This document shows positions 1-10,105 of a stretch of 64,000 nt of DNA, piece by piece. Position numbers and translations under genes: made by a program. This DNA comes from Schmidtea polychroa. Taxonomy: Eukaryota. The notes beneath the pieces are model-generated. The model was not told where the DNA came from, did no database searches, and worked only from the letters and a program-made list of their open reading frames with translations. Each line of letters starts with the position of its first letter. Position 1 is the stretch's first letter. The DNA is taken from assembly GCA_044892525.1 (NCBI GenBank), contig CM097885.1, forward strand, positions 29,948,001 through 30,012,000, in the 5' to 3' direction.

Positions 1-294
1 ATTTCTGTAGCTGATGGTTTCTTAACTGAAATAGTTTCATTATCTTATACTTCTAAAAAGAAAAGTTTATATAGAGAAGTTTGTTTATCAATAGAATTAG
101 GAATCTCTAAATTATTTTTATTTCAATTAAAAGCTTTGGAAGATGGAATCCTAACAGACGAAGAAATAATGAAATCAAATCAAATAATACAAGATATTAA
201 AAATGAGGTTATAAGATTAAAAAGTGCTAATGTTATAAGTAATGAATATTCTAAAAATATTAAACGAGAGAAGTGGCTAAAGAATCATACATAA
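1..294 (+). CDS. 3' part of a small Polinton-associated ORF (open at window edge)
   Basis: Frame +1 is open from base 1 to TAA at 292-294 (ISVADGFLTEIV...LKALEDGILTDEEIMKS...NHT*). It converges on PolB; KALEDGILTDEE resembles a motif I recall from small Polinton/adintovirus proteins. Confidence 0.4.
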   Translation: MSVADGFLTEIVSLSYTSKKKSLYREVCLSIELGISKLFLFQLKALEDGILTDEEIMKSNQIIQDIKNEVIRLKSANVISNEYSKNIKREKWLKNHT

Positions 295-454
295 AAAAAT
301 TTATTGCCCTTCAAAAGGTTGATGTTGTCACTCTTAAATTAATTGTTGACATTTTTAAAAGAAAAAAATCATTTGATAGAATCTGATGTTAACTTTTCGA
401 AATTAGTTTTTAGAACCTCTTTATGATCTTTAAATTCTTTATCATTTAGACCTT

Positions 455-3400
455 TTATATATTCAGGATCAGTATTAATTTAAGTTCTAAACATATAGGA
501 TTAAAAACTTGAGAATATAAAGGTTTCTCAATTCTCTCAGGATAAATGATTTCAACATTATAAATATCAAGATCAGTAATCTTTGTACCATATAACTGAT
601 TCAATCTATCAAGATTTTTTATTATCGGTATTAAATTATTTCCTATAGGAAGAGTTGTCTTTAAATCACTTAGTATGAATATTTTGTCATCATAATTTGA
701 TAATGATACTTTTTGGGATTCTATCAAGTAAATATCATGCTTTTCACTTTTAAGTTGATGTATTTCATCAATTTTATCTTTATGATTTGGATTCAATGTA
801 TCTATATAATCTTGATGAGAAAGATTCTTTGCTACACATCTCTGAATTCCTTTACATCTGTTATCCTTTACAGGTTTTTCTCCCTGTCCGTCAGGTCCTT
901 TAGGGAATATAGGATATCTATGTGTAATGCTTTCTTCTGTTTCTGGGGTTTTAAATATAAATGTATGTTCTTCAAATTTAGGATTTGTAAATGTTTCATA
1001 TGAATATTGTTTAGCACGAATAAATATTCCATTTTCTATAGGAGTAAAAGGTTTTTCATCTTTAAACGAAAATAATTCTCCAGATGAATTTATTAAATTT
1101 GAAAGTATAGGATTTTCAGAGATATCACTTTGTAAATCGTGAGTTCTTATTGCTAAAAACATTGAATCTGTATCCATTGCATGCATTGCTATATTCGATC
1201 CATATATAGGTTGTAAGATGTTATAATATGTTTCATACATTTGTAATTTTGAAAGTTCTAAAATTGCAAAGCCAATAAATATTGGTTTATTATATGTTTT
1301 CTCATAATTCTTTAGTTCTACTGCAGTAAGACTTTCAGAAAATACTTGTGCGTTTTTAAATGTAGGCTTTCCTAGCATACGATTATAACGGGCTATATCT
1401 TTCGGGGTATTTGTTAGGAGTTCAATATGAGTATATTTATCAACATTCTCCATTGTCTTCCCAAAGACTGAATTGTTTAAAAGTTTATAATTATTGTCTT
1501 TTAAAAGGTTACCTTCTCTTTTTGCAATGTTTCGACACCTAATGTTCTCCTCGATAAAAGTCTTCATGAATGCTGCTTGTTTAAATCTTATGACACTATG
1601 AACTTTTTTTAAAATCATTCCTTGTGAAAGATAAAACTGGAGGAGTCTATAGTGACAAAGATAATAAGTTCGATCTGTTTGATCACAAAGAAATTTCATT
1701 GTTGGAGGTTTATCTTGTGAGATTTGCCAGAGTGAAAGTTCGTTGATATCAATCTTTCTTCTTATAGGAGCTAAAGGGAAATGTCTTGTTCTTGATTTTA
1801 TATCATCTGGGTAGTCGAGGTCACATTCTACAAAGTATCCTATTGGAGAATCTTTAGGAGTTGAAAGTATTTCATTCATAAGAGTCTTTAAATATTCTTC
1901 TGGAGGGCATTCTATTTCTGGAAGTCCTTCAGAGGAGTATATTTCTTGAAAGTCACTCATTGGTAAATATTGAGTCATAATTCCTGAATATAAAGCTGTT
2001 GCATCTATATAAAGTATAAATAGAAGATTTTTCATTCCTTCTAATACTTCTTTTAGTTCCTCATTGTTAAGTTTTATATATGGATCAGGGTGTTTAGAGA
2101 TTCTTCGGCTAGTAGTTATTGCATTTCTAGCTTTTATTTCTCTATTCCCCATTACTGAAGATACTCCTCCTCTAATGTTTGTTTTAATTTGATTAAACAT
2201 ATCTTGGTCGGTTAAAAGATCTATAATTTTATCAGATTCTGGAAGATCTGAAGTCCAAATGGTATATAACATAGTATCCCAAGCTAAAGAAGGAGCTGTT
2301 ATATAATTATAAGGTTTAAGAACAAAAGACTTTGTAAATTCTTCAAAGCAATCTGCTAGAATATAAACATCTAGGGATAAGTACATACTTGTATATTCTC
2401 CTAAAGTTTTACAGTTGAAAAGATCCCACATTTTATTTGCTCGAGAATATTCTTGATTTGTAATATGAGATGTTTGAAGTTGGGAATAGAAATCTTCTTT
2501 CTCTGGTAATTTTGTTTCATTATATTTTTCAAATGAATCAACATAGTCATAGGGATATATTCCTTTTGCTAAGCATGTAGGATATTCTTCTGGGGGGATA
2601 TTATTTTTTTCCAAGAATTCTCGAGTGATTTTAAAATTTTCTGCTTTCATTGTTTTAGCTATTCCATCTAGAGACATTTGGAGAAAGTTTAACGAGTCTA
2701 TAAATTTTAATTTTCCATATTCAACTGATTTATATTTTTCCTTTGTAAGTCCTATAACTTTGAAAGAGTTTTTAGCATTTTCTGCTAAATGTTTAATAAA
2801 TAGATGTATGTCATAACCAAAAAGATTATGAAATATAACTGGTACAAATTTAGGAGTATGACAATTAAGATTACAATTTCTATGGGCTGCTCCTCGATAA
2901 TTATTTTCCTTTTTTAAATGATCGTGATCTATAACTTTATCATCAGGAAGAATGTCTTGTTTACACATCCAACAGTTGGAAGTATTTTCATATTCTTGTT
3001 GTTGTTGATTAGAAATTTTTTGAGGATACTTTGTTTTTAATATTTTAAATATTTCATGTTCTAGATCATTTATACGTTTAGTAAAATGATTTAAAACATC
3101 TTCTGAAGTTCCTTGAAATGCATATTCTCTAGATTCTATGAGTTCAGGATAATTACTTTTAAATAATAATTTATAAGCAGATGGTAATTGTTTAGTTTTT
3201 TTAACACTATTAGGTTTATTTCTTTTTCTTAGAAAGGCTTTCATCCTCTCTGGTTTCATCTTCTGTTTAGAGGCTTTCCATTCATCCATGAGTTTATATT
3301 TTTCTATTATTTTTAAATATTGCATAATTATATCTTGTTTACGATTTATAGATTCAAAGTCTCCATAGACAACTCCTAATGTTTGTAATAAATTTGAAAA

Positions 3401-4702
3401 GTTTTTAAAATACATCCTGGGATCTGTAGGCATTCTAATTAAAGCTGGATCAACTTTTTCACAAAATCTTGCATGTTTAATCATAGAGTTTTTAGTTGTT
3501 GAATAATGAAGACATCTTTTACATGTTCCTCCTCCACTAGTTGGATTCTCTGCTGATGTAAAAGCTTGAAAGTCTTTTATTAAAACATAATGTTGATTAT
3601 TTCCTTCTTCCAAGATTAAAAGATATATCTCCTTCGTGCTATCACTATCAGAAATATAAATTGGAATAATATCTTTCCTTCCATGTCCACATCCTTTAAC
3701 ATGTTCATAAATATTAAGTTTAAGATTATTTAGTTTTTCAAATTCTGGAATGTCTTCTAGTTTCATTGGGTGTGTGAATCCCTTGGGAAATATTAATTCA
3801 TTTTCATATTGTTTGTATTTTGAAACTCTTTGAGGGTTTTCAGCTTGAGGATGTAAATATGCAAGTATTGACCACATGAAACATTTGTTATCCTTATTCT
3901 GTACATTTATAACAACCCTAGATCTAAAGGGTGTTTGAATATAAGATTTAGGATTAGGTGGTAATCCTCTCCAATAATCAATCACTAAAGTTTGGAAAGA
4001 GTTGAATACTAAGTTTGAATCTCCTAATTCATTTTCAACCTCTTCTTGTTTTGCTTCTACTGCTTGAATTATTTCTTTGATGCTTTTATTAAATCCTCTA
4101 GTTGAAAATAAATATTTAAAAGGTATTCCAATTTCAACATCTAAAGGAGTTGTCTTTTCTTCTGGTCCTCTCCAATATTTTGCTTTGATTGTAATTTTAT
4201 ATTTTATAACATTATACCTTGTTGGTTTATAATTTTTTAAAGCTTCAGTGAAAGAATTTTTAATATTTTTTTTATTTCTCCTTATATATTCTCCAGGGGT
4301 TGCAGGTCCATTAATTTTTAATTGAAATTCATCTATATGATTAAAATCATCCCAGTTGTATTTTTCTCTTTCAACATGATCAGGTTCTCCTTCTGAATGA
4401 CATTCTTCAACGTCAGAATTTTGTTTTTTATTTTTACATTCTTTTAAATGTCTTAAATAATAGAAATTTAGTTTTGTTGAAAAGTTACAATGAGGACATG
4501 TAAATATTTCTCTATTTTTCCCGATACAATTTTCAAAATGTTTATTATATCCAGAATGTAGAAATCTTCCTTTACATTTAGTACAAAGTTTTGAATTTGT
4601 ATCATTAAGATTATTTTCTTTTAATAAATGAGCTTTCGATTTTAAGTGAGAAATTAATCCAGTTTTATTTTTAAAAACTTTATTGCAAATATTACAATTC
4701 AT
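455..4702 (-). CDS. polB: Protein-primed family B DNA polymerase (Polinton/Maverick type) with N-terminal C2H2 fingers and endonuclease VII-like insert; intact
   Basis: 1415-aa ORF. Exo motifs YGDFES, VIFHNLFGYDIH, FIDS; Pol motifs LYIDATALYS, YKLLNNSVFGKT, MDTDS; CWMC..DHDH..YRGAAHRNCN; N-terminal CNIC..HLKSKAH fingers. Confidence 0.95.
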   Translation of the reverse strand: MNCNICNKVFKNKTGLISHLKSKAHLLKENNLNDTNSKLCTKCKGRFLHSGYNKHFENCIGKNREIFTCPHCNFSTKLNFYYLRHLKECKNKKQNSDVEECHSEGEPDHVEREKYNWDDFNHIDEFQLKINGPATPGEYIRRNKKNIKNSFTEALKNYKPTRYNVIKYKITIKAKYWRGPEEKTTPLDVEIGIPFKYLFSTRGFNKSIKEIIQAVEAKQEEVENELGDSNLVFNSFQTLVIDYWRGLPPNPKSYIQTPFRSRVVINVQNKDNKCFMWSILAYLHPQAENPQRVSKYKQYENELIFPKGFTHPMKLEDIPEFEKLNNLKLNIYEHVKGCGHGRKDIIPIYISDSDSTKEIYLLILEEGNNQHYVLIKDFQAFTSAENPTSGGGTCKRCLHYSTTKNSMIKHARFCEKVDPALIRMPTDPRMYFKNFSNLLQTLGVVYGDFESINRKQDIIMQYLKIIEKYKLMDEWKASKQKMKPERMKAFLRKRNKPNSVKKTKQLPSAYKLLFKSNYPELIESREYAFQGTSEDVLNHFTKRINDLEHEIFKILKTKYPQKISNQQQQEYENTSNCWMCKQDILPDDKVIDHDHLKKENNYRGAAHRNCNLNCHTPKFVPVIFHNLFGYDIHLFIKHLAENAKNSFKVIGLTKEKYKSVEYGKLKFIDSLNFLQMSLDGIAKTMKAENFKITREFLEKNNIPPEEYPTCLAKGIYPYDYVDSFEKYNETKLPEKEDFYSQLQTSHITNQEYSRANKMWDLFNCKTLGEYTSMYLSLDVYILADCFEEFTKSFVLKPYNYITAPSLAWDTMLYTIWTSDLPESDKIIDLLTDQDMFNQIKTNIRGGVSSVMGNREIKARNAITTSRRISKHPDPYIKLNNEELKEVLEGMKNLLFILYIDATALYSGIMTQYLPMSDFQEIYSSEGLPEIECPPEEYLKTLMNEILSTPKDSPIGYFVECDLDYPDDIKSRTRHFPLAPIRRKIDINELSLWQISQDKPPTMKFLCDQTDRTYYLCHYRLLQFYLSQGMILKKVHSVIRFKQAAFMKTFIEENIRCRNIAKREGNLLKDNNYKLLNNSVFGKTMENVDKYTHIELLTNTPKDIARYNRMLGKPTFKNAQVFSESLTAVELKNYEKTYNKPIFIGFAILELSKLQMYETYYNILQPIYGSNIAMHAMDTDSMFLAIRTHDLQSDISENPILSNLINSSGELFSFKDEKPFTPIENGIFIRAKQYSYETFTNPKFEEHTFIFKTPETEESITHRYPIFPKGPDGQGEKPVKDNRCKGIQRCVAKNLSHQDYIDTLNPNHKDKIDEIHQLKSEKHDIYLIESQKVSLSNYDDKIFILSDLKTTLPIGNNLIPIIKNLDRLNQLYGTKITDLDIYNVEIIYPERIEKPLYSQVFNPICLELKLILILNI

Positions 4703-4854
4703 TTTTAGAAAAAATTTTTTTTCTGGATACGTTGTTTTTAAATTTTAAATTTTTATATATTTATTTTTATTTTTATTTTTTTTTATTTTTATTTTTTTTA
4801 TTTTTTTATTTTTATTTTTATTTTTTTTTTATTTTTTTTATATTTATATTCTAG

Positions 4855-5005
4855 CAGCTTGCCAAGCTATCGACCTGCCAAGCTGTCGACTTACCAAGCT
4901 GTCGACTTGCCAAGACCGCAGCGATTGCATCATCGACTTGACAAACTATCGACTTGATAAACTGGCGACTTGATAAACTGGCGACTTGATAAACTGGCGA
5001 CCTGC
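4855..5005. repeat. Subterminal ~16-bp tandem repeat (CGACTTGATAAACTGG / CGACTTGCCAAGCTGT variants)
   Basis: About nine diverging units read directly from the sequence. Confidence 0.85.
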
Positions 5006-5006
5006 A

Positions 5007-5312
5007 AGTAGTGTGTATCTATCCCTAACGACCGCAAGCCGACAAACGTTTTTCATAGTTTTATCAGTATTTTTTTCCCTGTTTTATTAACATTTTGTGT
5101 TGTTTTTTTAATATTTTTGTTGTTTTTTAAGTTTTTATTTTGAAAGCAAAATGTCTTCGGAATAAAGAAATTAAAAGATATAGGTTTTTAAGGTTTTAAG
5201 TGTTTTTCTTTACGTTTATGGGGGAAAAATAGGTATAAAACGGGAAAAAATAGGTATAAAACATGAAAACAGTTGGGAGGCTTGTGGTCGTTAGGGATAG
5301 ATACACACTACT
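5007..5312. repeat. 306-bp inverted-repeat module with AGTAGT ends
   Basis: AGTAGTGTGTATCTATCCCTAACGACCGCAAGCC (5007-5040) is inverted at 5279-5312 with one mismatch; degenerate symmetry continues inward. Confidence 0.9.
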
Positions 5313-6050
5313 TTCAACAAAAAGAAATATATTTGCGGAATCATTGACCACTATAGTAAATACATCTCATTAACGGCCATAAACAAGCAAGACGAAAAAA
5401 CAATTAGTGAGACGTTATTAAATAAATGGATATTAAAGTTTGGAGCTCCAAAAGAACTTCATGTAGATTGTGGGAAGAACTTTGAAGCAAGAAGTATAAA
5501 AGAACTAGCAAAGGCAGCTGGCATTGAATTAATTTTCTCAAGCCCATATCACCATAACACGAATGGTATTATTTAAAGACAATTCAGAACAATCAGAGAG
5601 TATATTAACGCGTCATTGAATGAAGGAGGAAGGAAAAACTGGGCTGATATAGTGCCAGAAATAGAATATACGTTAAATGCAACAGTTCAAAAAACAACGG
5701 GAGTAAGCCCAGCAGAGATTATATTTGGGAGGAAAATCGACAGAATGAAATGGTACTCGAATAAAGAAATAAATAGAGAAGATATGGAAAAAAGAATAGA
5801 GGATAAAACACTAAAACCAAAAATAAGCAAAACAGTGAGAGATTTTGAAATGGAAGATGTGGTCTTGATAAAACAAGAAATTCGAAATAAAGACGATGCA
5901 AGGTGGGAAAGGCCGTACAAAGTGAAAAAGAAAATACATGAACGGAGCTACTTACTTAAAGATCAAAATGGGAAGATGGTAGTCAGAAATGTTGAGAAGA
6001 TCAAACATTTTAAAAAAGGGGGATGTGAGGAGTTAAAATTAAAATACTAA
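5313..6050 (+). pseudogene. Ty3/Gypsy integrase fragment
   Basis: GIIDHYSKY..KFGAPKELHVDCGKNF..SSPYHHNTNGII*R (TAA 5574-5576), then LNATVQKTTGVSPAEIIFGR and a GPY-like 'RPYKV' region. Confidence 0.9.
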
Positions 6051-6340
6051 ATTAAATTAGTTCATGATTAAAATTTGTAAAATTTAAATTGAAACTTAAA
6101 TTATTTTAAGATATTAAAATTGAAATGATAATTGAAATTTTAAAATAAAATAATTTTTAATAAAATTGAAATTCAAGTATGAATGCGATGGTATGTTGAT
6201 ATTTGGTTGAAATTAAAATTTAGAAAATGTCCCAAGAATATTTGTTTATATAATCAGATTTAATGAAATATAATTTTGGATTTAATAGTCTTAGTTATTT
6301 ATTTTGATGACCGAAGAATTAAATGTTATAGCTTCTAACA
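6024..6340 (+). mobile_element. Probable 3' LTR of the Gypsy element
   Basis: Polypurine tract AAAAAAGGGGGA (6012-6023) followed by TGT; ends ...AACA where the block repeat resumes. Right end approximate. Confidence 0.55.
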
Positions 6341-9073
6341 AGTTATATAAATAAATTTTTTTAATTTAACTAATTCAATGAAAAAGTATTTTAAAACAAT
6401 GAAAATTTCGACATTCAGAACAATTCAGAACCTCGTCCAAATGAAATTGGAAAAAGCCCTAAATAACTTTCCACCAGCATCCAAGGTGAAAAACAACGAT
6501 AACTAAATGTCAATAATTAGTAAAATAAATAATTTACAGTTTAATCAATAACTTATATATAATTAAAAATAAATAAAAAAATTAAAAAAATTAAATCATT
6601 AAATTATATTATATTTCTGATTATTCTTGAATGAAGAGTTTGAACTTTTTGAATTCTATGATTGTTGAGTTCTCAGTTTCTGGTTGTTTGGTAGTTGAAA
6701 TCTCTCTGTCTTTGGCGGCCAATGCGTTCATATTTTCTTTTGAAATTTTGTTTTCGGTATTTCATATCTGGGAAAGGTTGGCAGAGGTTTTTATTATTTT
6801 CTTTATGTTCTTTGAGGTTTTATATGAAATATATTTATCATTTATTTGTTCTTTGATAAAATTTTATAATTTTTGATAAAATTCGATTTCAAAGGTTTAT
6901 TTTCGTCAAAATATTTTGTTATTAAAATTTTATCACTTCATAATAAAATTTTATTGTTTTTGTAACGACTCCTGACAATTTTATCAAAATCAAATGAAAA
7001 TTTATTATTTCCATCTGTAACTTTAAAATTATTATCAAATATAAGCAATTTTTAGTAAAACATCAATGAAAAATCAAAATTCAGAACAATTCAGAACCTC
7101 GTCCAAATAAAATTGGAAAAACCCCTTGTAAACCTTCCACCAGTATCCAAGATAAAGTACAACAAAAACGAAATGCCAAATAATAGTAAAATAATCAATT
7201 AACAGTTTAATATATATATATATATATTTCATTTCTTATTCCTTGTGATCTCCAATGCTTCGAATTGAAACAGTTTTTTTTGTATGTCTTGTGATGACGT
7301 TTAGATAAAAACGTTCATTTCTTGGAATCTGGATGTTAGTGGGCTGATAATATCTGGTTGGTAATTGGTTGTTATTATCTAGTTATTATCTAGTTATATT
7401 CGATAACTAACAGCTTCTACAAAATCCAAAGAATCTACTAGGTCATCCAGGAAGACTAATCCGAGAAATTGATAACGTCTTTAGTCTTTTATCAAAAGGT
7501 GAATGCATTTTAAATTAGGACAGGATATGTTATCAGATTACACAAAAATCCATCATAATTTAATATCAAATAAAATAAGTAGATTATTTAACAAAATTAA
7601 ATTATTTTTAGATATAAAAATACCAATCGAAACAAGAAGAAAATATGTCGTTTGAATTATGTTTTGAGTATGATTTAATTATTTGAGATTCAATAATAAT
7701 AAAAATTAAGATTTAATTAATTGTTGAAATATTAAATTTATCACAGAAAATATCTCGATGTTAGAGGATATGGGTCTTTTATTAGAAAGTTACTTTATTA
7801 ATAAAAATAATTTAAAATATACAAAAAACAAATAAAATATAAATATATCTATTGCCTAAGATAAATATCTCAAAATTAGAGTATATGGGTCTTTTATTAG
7901 AAAGTTAATTTATTATTAAAAATAATTTAAAATATACAAAAATCAAATAAAATATAAAAATATCTATTGGCTAAGATAAACATTTTTAGAAATTAAAATG
8001 TAACCAATAATTATTTAAAATTGAAAGTTCAAATATTGAATTAAAAAAATTTTTTTTTGGCAGAATGGGTTTATTTAATTATAGTTGAATTATTTGTATT
8101 TTTTTAAAGTTAAAAATGTAAGTGTGTATGTAAGTCATAAATATCATAAGAAAATTTAAATGATAAAAATTAATTTATTATTAAAAATATTTGAAAATAT
8201 ACAAAAAACAAATCAAATTTAAAAATATCAATAAAAATATTTAGAAATAAAAGTTAAAACAATTTTTAAAATTTAATATTTTTTTAAAAATGGAAGGTCA
8301 AATATCGAATTTAAAAATATTTTATTCCAAATTTAGAAAAAACATTTAATTATAATAATAATATTGAAATTTTAGATCAAGTTGATATTAAAAAATTAGA
8401 ATGTTACAATTATATTTATGAAAAATATATCTAAAATATCAAACTTTAAAGAAAATTATATCAGAATATGATTTTAAAGATAAAAAATATATTAAAATTT
8501 CAAAAATATTTTAACAAAAAATATTGAAGTACCAACATATTTATAATAACTCTAACAGTTATATAAATAAATTTTTTTAGTTTAACTAATTCAATGAAAA
8601 AGAATTTTCAAACAATGAAAAATTGGAAATTCAGAACCTCGTCCAAATAAAATTGGAAAAAGCCCTAAATAACTTTCCACCAGCATCCAAGATGAAAAAC
8701 AACGATAACTAAATGCCAATTAATAGTAAAATAATTAATTAACAGTTTAATCAATAACTTATATATAATTAAAAATAAATAAAAAAATTAAATAAATTAA
8801 ATCATTAAATTATATTATATTTCTGATTATTCTTGAATGAAGAGTTTGAACTTTTTGAATTCTATGATTGTTGAGTTCTCAGTTTCTGGTTGTTTGGTAG
8901 TTGAAATCTCTCTGTCTTTGGCGGCCAATGCGTTCATATTTTCTTTTGAAATTTTGTTTTCGGTATTTCATATCTGGGAAAGGTTGGCAGAGGTTTTTAT
9001 TATTTTCTTTATGTTCTTTGAGGTTTTATATGAAATATATTTATCATTTATTTGTTCTTTGATAAAATTTTAT
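6341..9073. repeat. AT-rich block repeat, ~2.2-kb unit (one full plus one partial copy)
   Basis: Sequence near 6341-6870 recurs near 8555-9073 (ORF starts 6631 and 8837, period 2206 bp). Confidence 0.9.
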
Positions 9074-10105
9074 GATTTGGTAATCACTGTCATTGAGGAG
9101 CCTACAGATTTCACAAGAGACTTAGACGCTGTAGAGCTGTCAAATCCAATAGAACTCACAACTATCGAGCAACCATGTAGAAGCATGGAAAATAATGAGA
9201 CCGCAATCTCTACAGTAAACAACAAAAATATAGAAATTGACGGAACAAGTCGGGGAATAATAATAAACCCCATTGCACCTGTACTCAAAGAAAATATATC
9301 AAATAACGAAACAAGAAGGCAATCAAGACAAGATAAAAATATCAGATCCAAGAGTCAGAAGAAAAAAAGACAAATAAATGACTCCGATAGCCATAGATAC
9401 CACAAAACAAAACAAAAAAATACGTACCGGTGGAGGACCATCAACGGCAAATACTCTAAAAATTCATCAAAAACCAAACATGAAGATCAACTGTGATCTG
9501 AAAATTCAGTTTATATGCAACAAAAAAGTACACCTATTCTACAGATATTAATGCTGCTAAACAGTATGAAGAGTCGCATCCACCTGTTGAGAGGCAGATG
9601 GTGGAATGTGAACAATGCAACACAACCATCACACTCAAAGAGGCAATAGAGCACATAAAAGTACATAAAGAGAATAGAGCCAGAGAAAGAAGCGAACAGC
9701 AGCCCGCCGCCAAGCCAACAAAGGAAGACATCCCTACGGAGATCAGCTGACTATCACAGACAGCAATCGAATATTACATGGATTTTCTATCAGGTAATAA
9801 AGCTACTACCCAGATCATTAAACTTGAGAAAAATCATTCCATACATAAGAAGATCACCAATCAATACTGAAATTCCGATACCTTCCGGGAACATCATCCC
9901 TATAACACCGGAATCTCAACCAATCGAAACAAACAGAAAGAGAAGAAAGGCCGTCTCAACGAGTGATGAAGAACAAAATCTACCAAAAAAGACAAATATT
10001 CATAAAGATCAATCCCTATTCGATCAAGCGGAAAAACTGATTGAAGGAGGACCTAGTCAGGCTATTACAAATGATGATGAAAATTTCCAGATTCACATTA
10101 CAAAT
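9074..10105 (+). mobile_element. Two stacked fragments of NeSL-clade ORF1 (lineage A1, then a diverged A2-like piece)
   Basis: RTGGGP, C2H2-like CEQC..EHIKVH and IS*LSQTAIEYYMDFL; ~9822-10105 is a diverged copy of ~10871-11145. Confidence 0.75.

Larger units (their letters stand above)
1..5312 (-). mobile_element. One end of a Polinton/Maverick element abutting a Gypsy integrase relic
   Basis: pPolB, subterminal tandem repeats, and a terminal ...ACTACT at 5307-5312 (AGTAGT on the minus strand) followed directly by Gypsy integrase coding sequence. Confidence 0.7.

Noticed and set aside
4855..5005. CRISPR-like array
   Set aside because: Contiguous 16-bp units without unique spacers, no cas genes, eukaryotic context.
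6631..6876. Repeated 81-aa hydrophobic ORF MKSLNFLNS (also 8837, 16962, 22869) as a membrane protein gene
   Set aside because: F/I/L richness follows from T-rich antisense repeat sequence; the 219-aa versions are chance fusions into NeSL DNA in the wrong frame.
7291..7347. Box C/D snoRNA or hammerhead (GTGATGA...CTGA) in the repeat unit
   Set aside because: No terminal stem, no convincing guide sequence and no complete hammerhead core.
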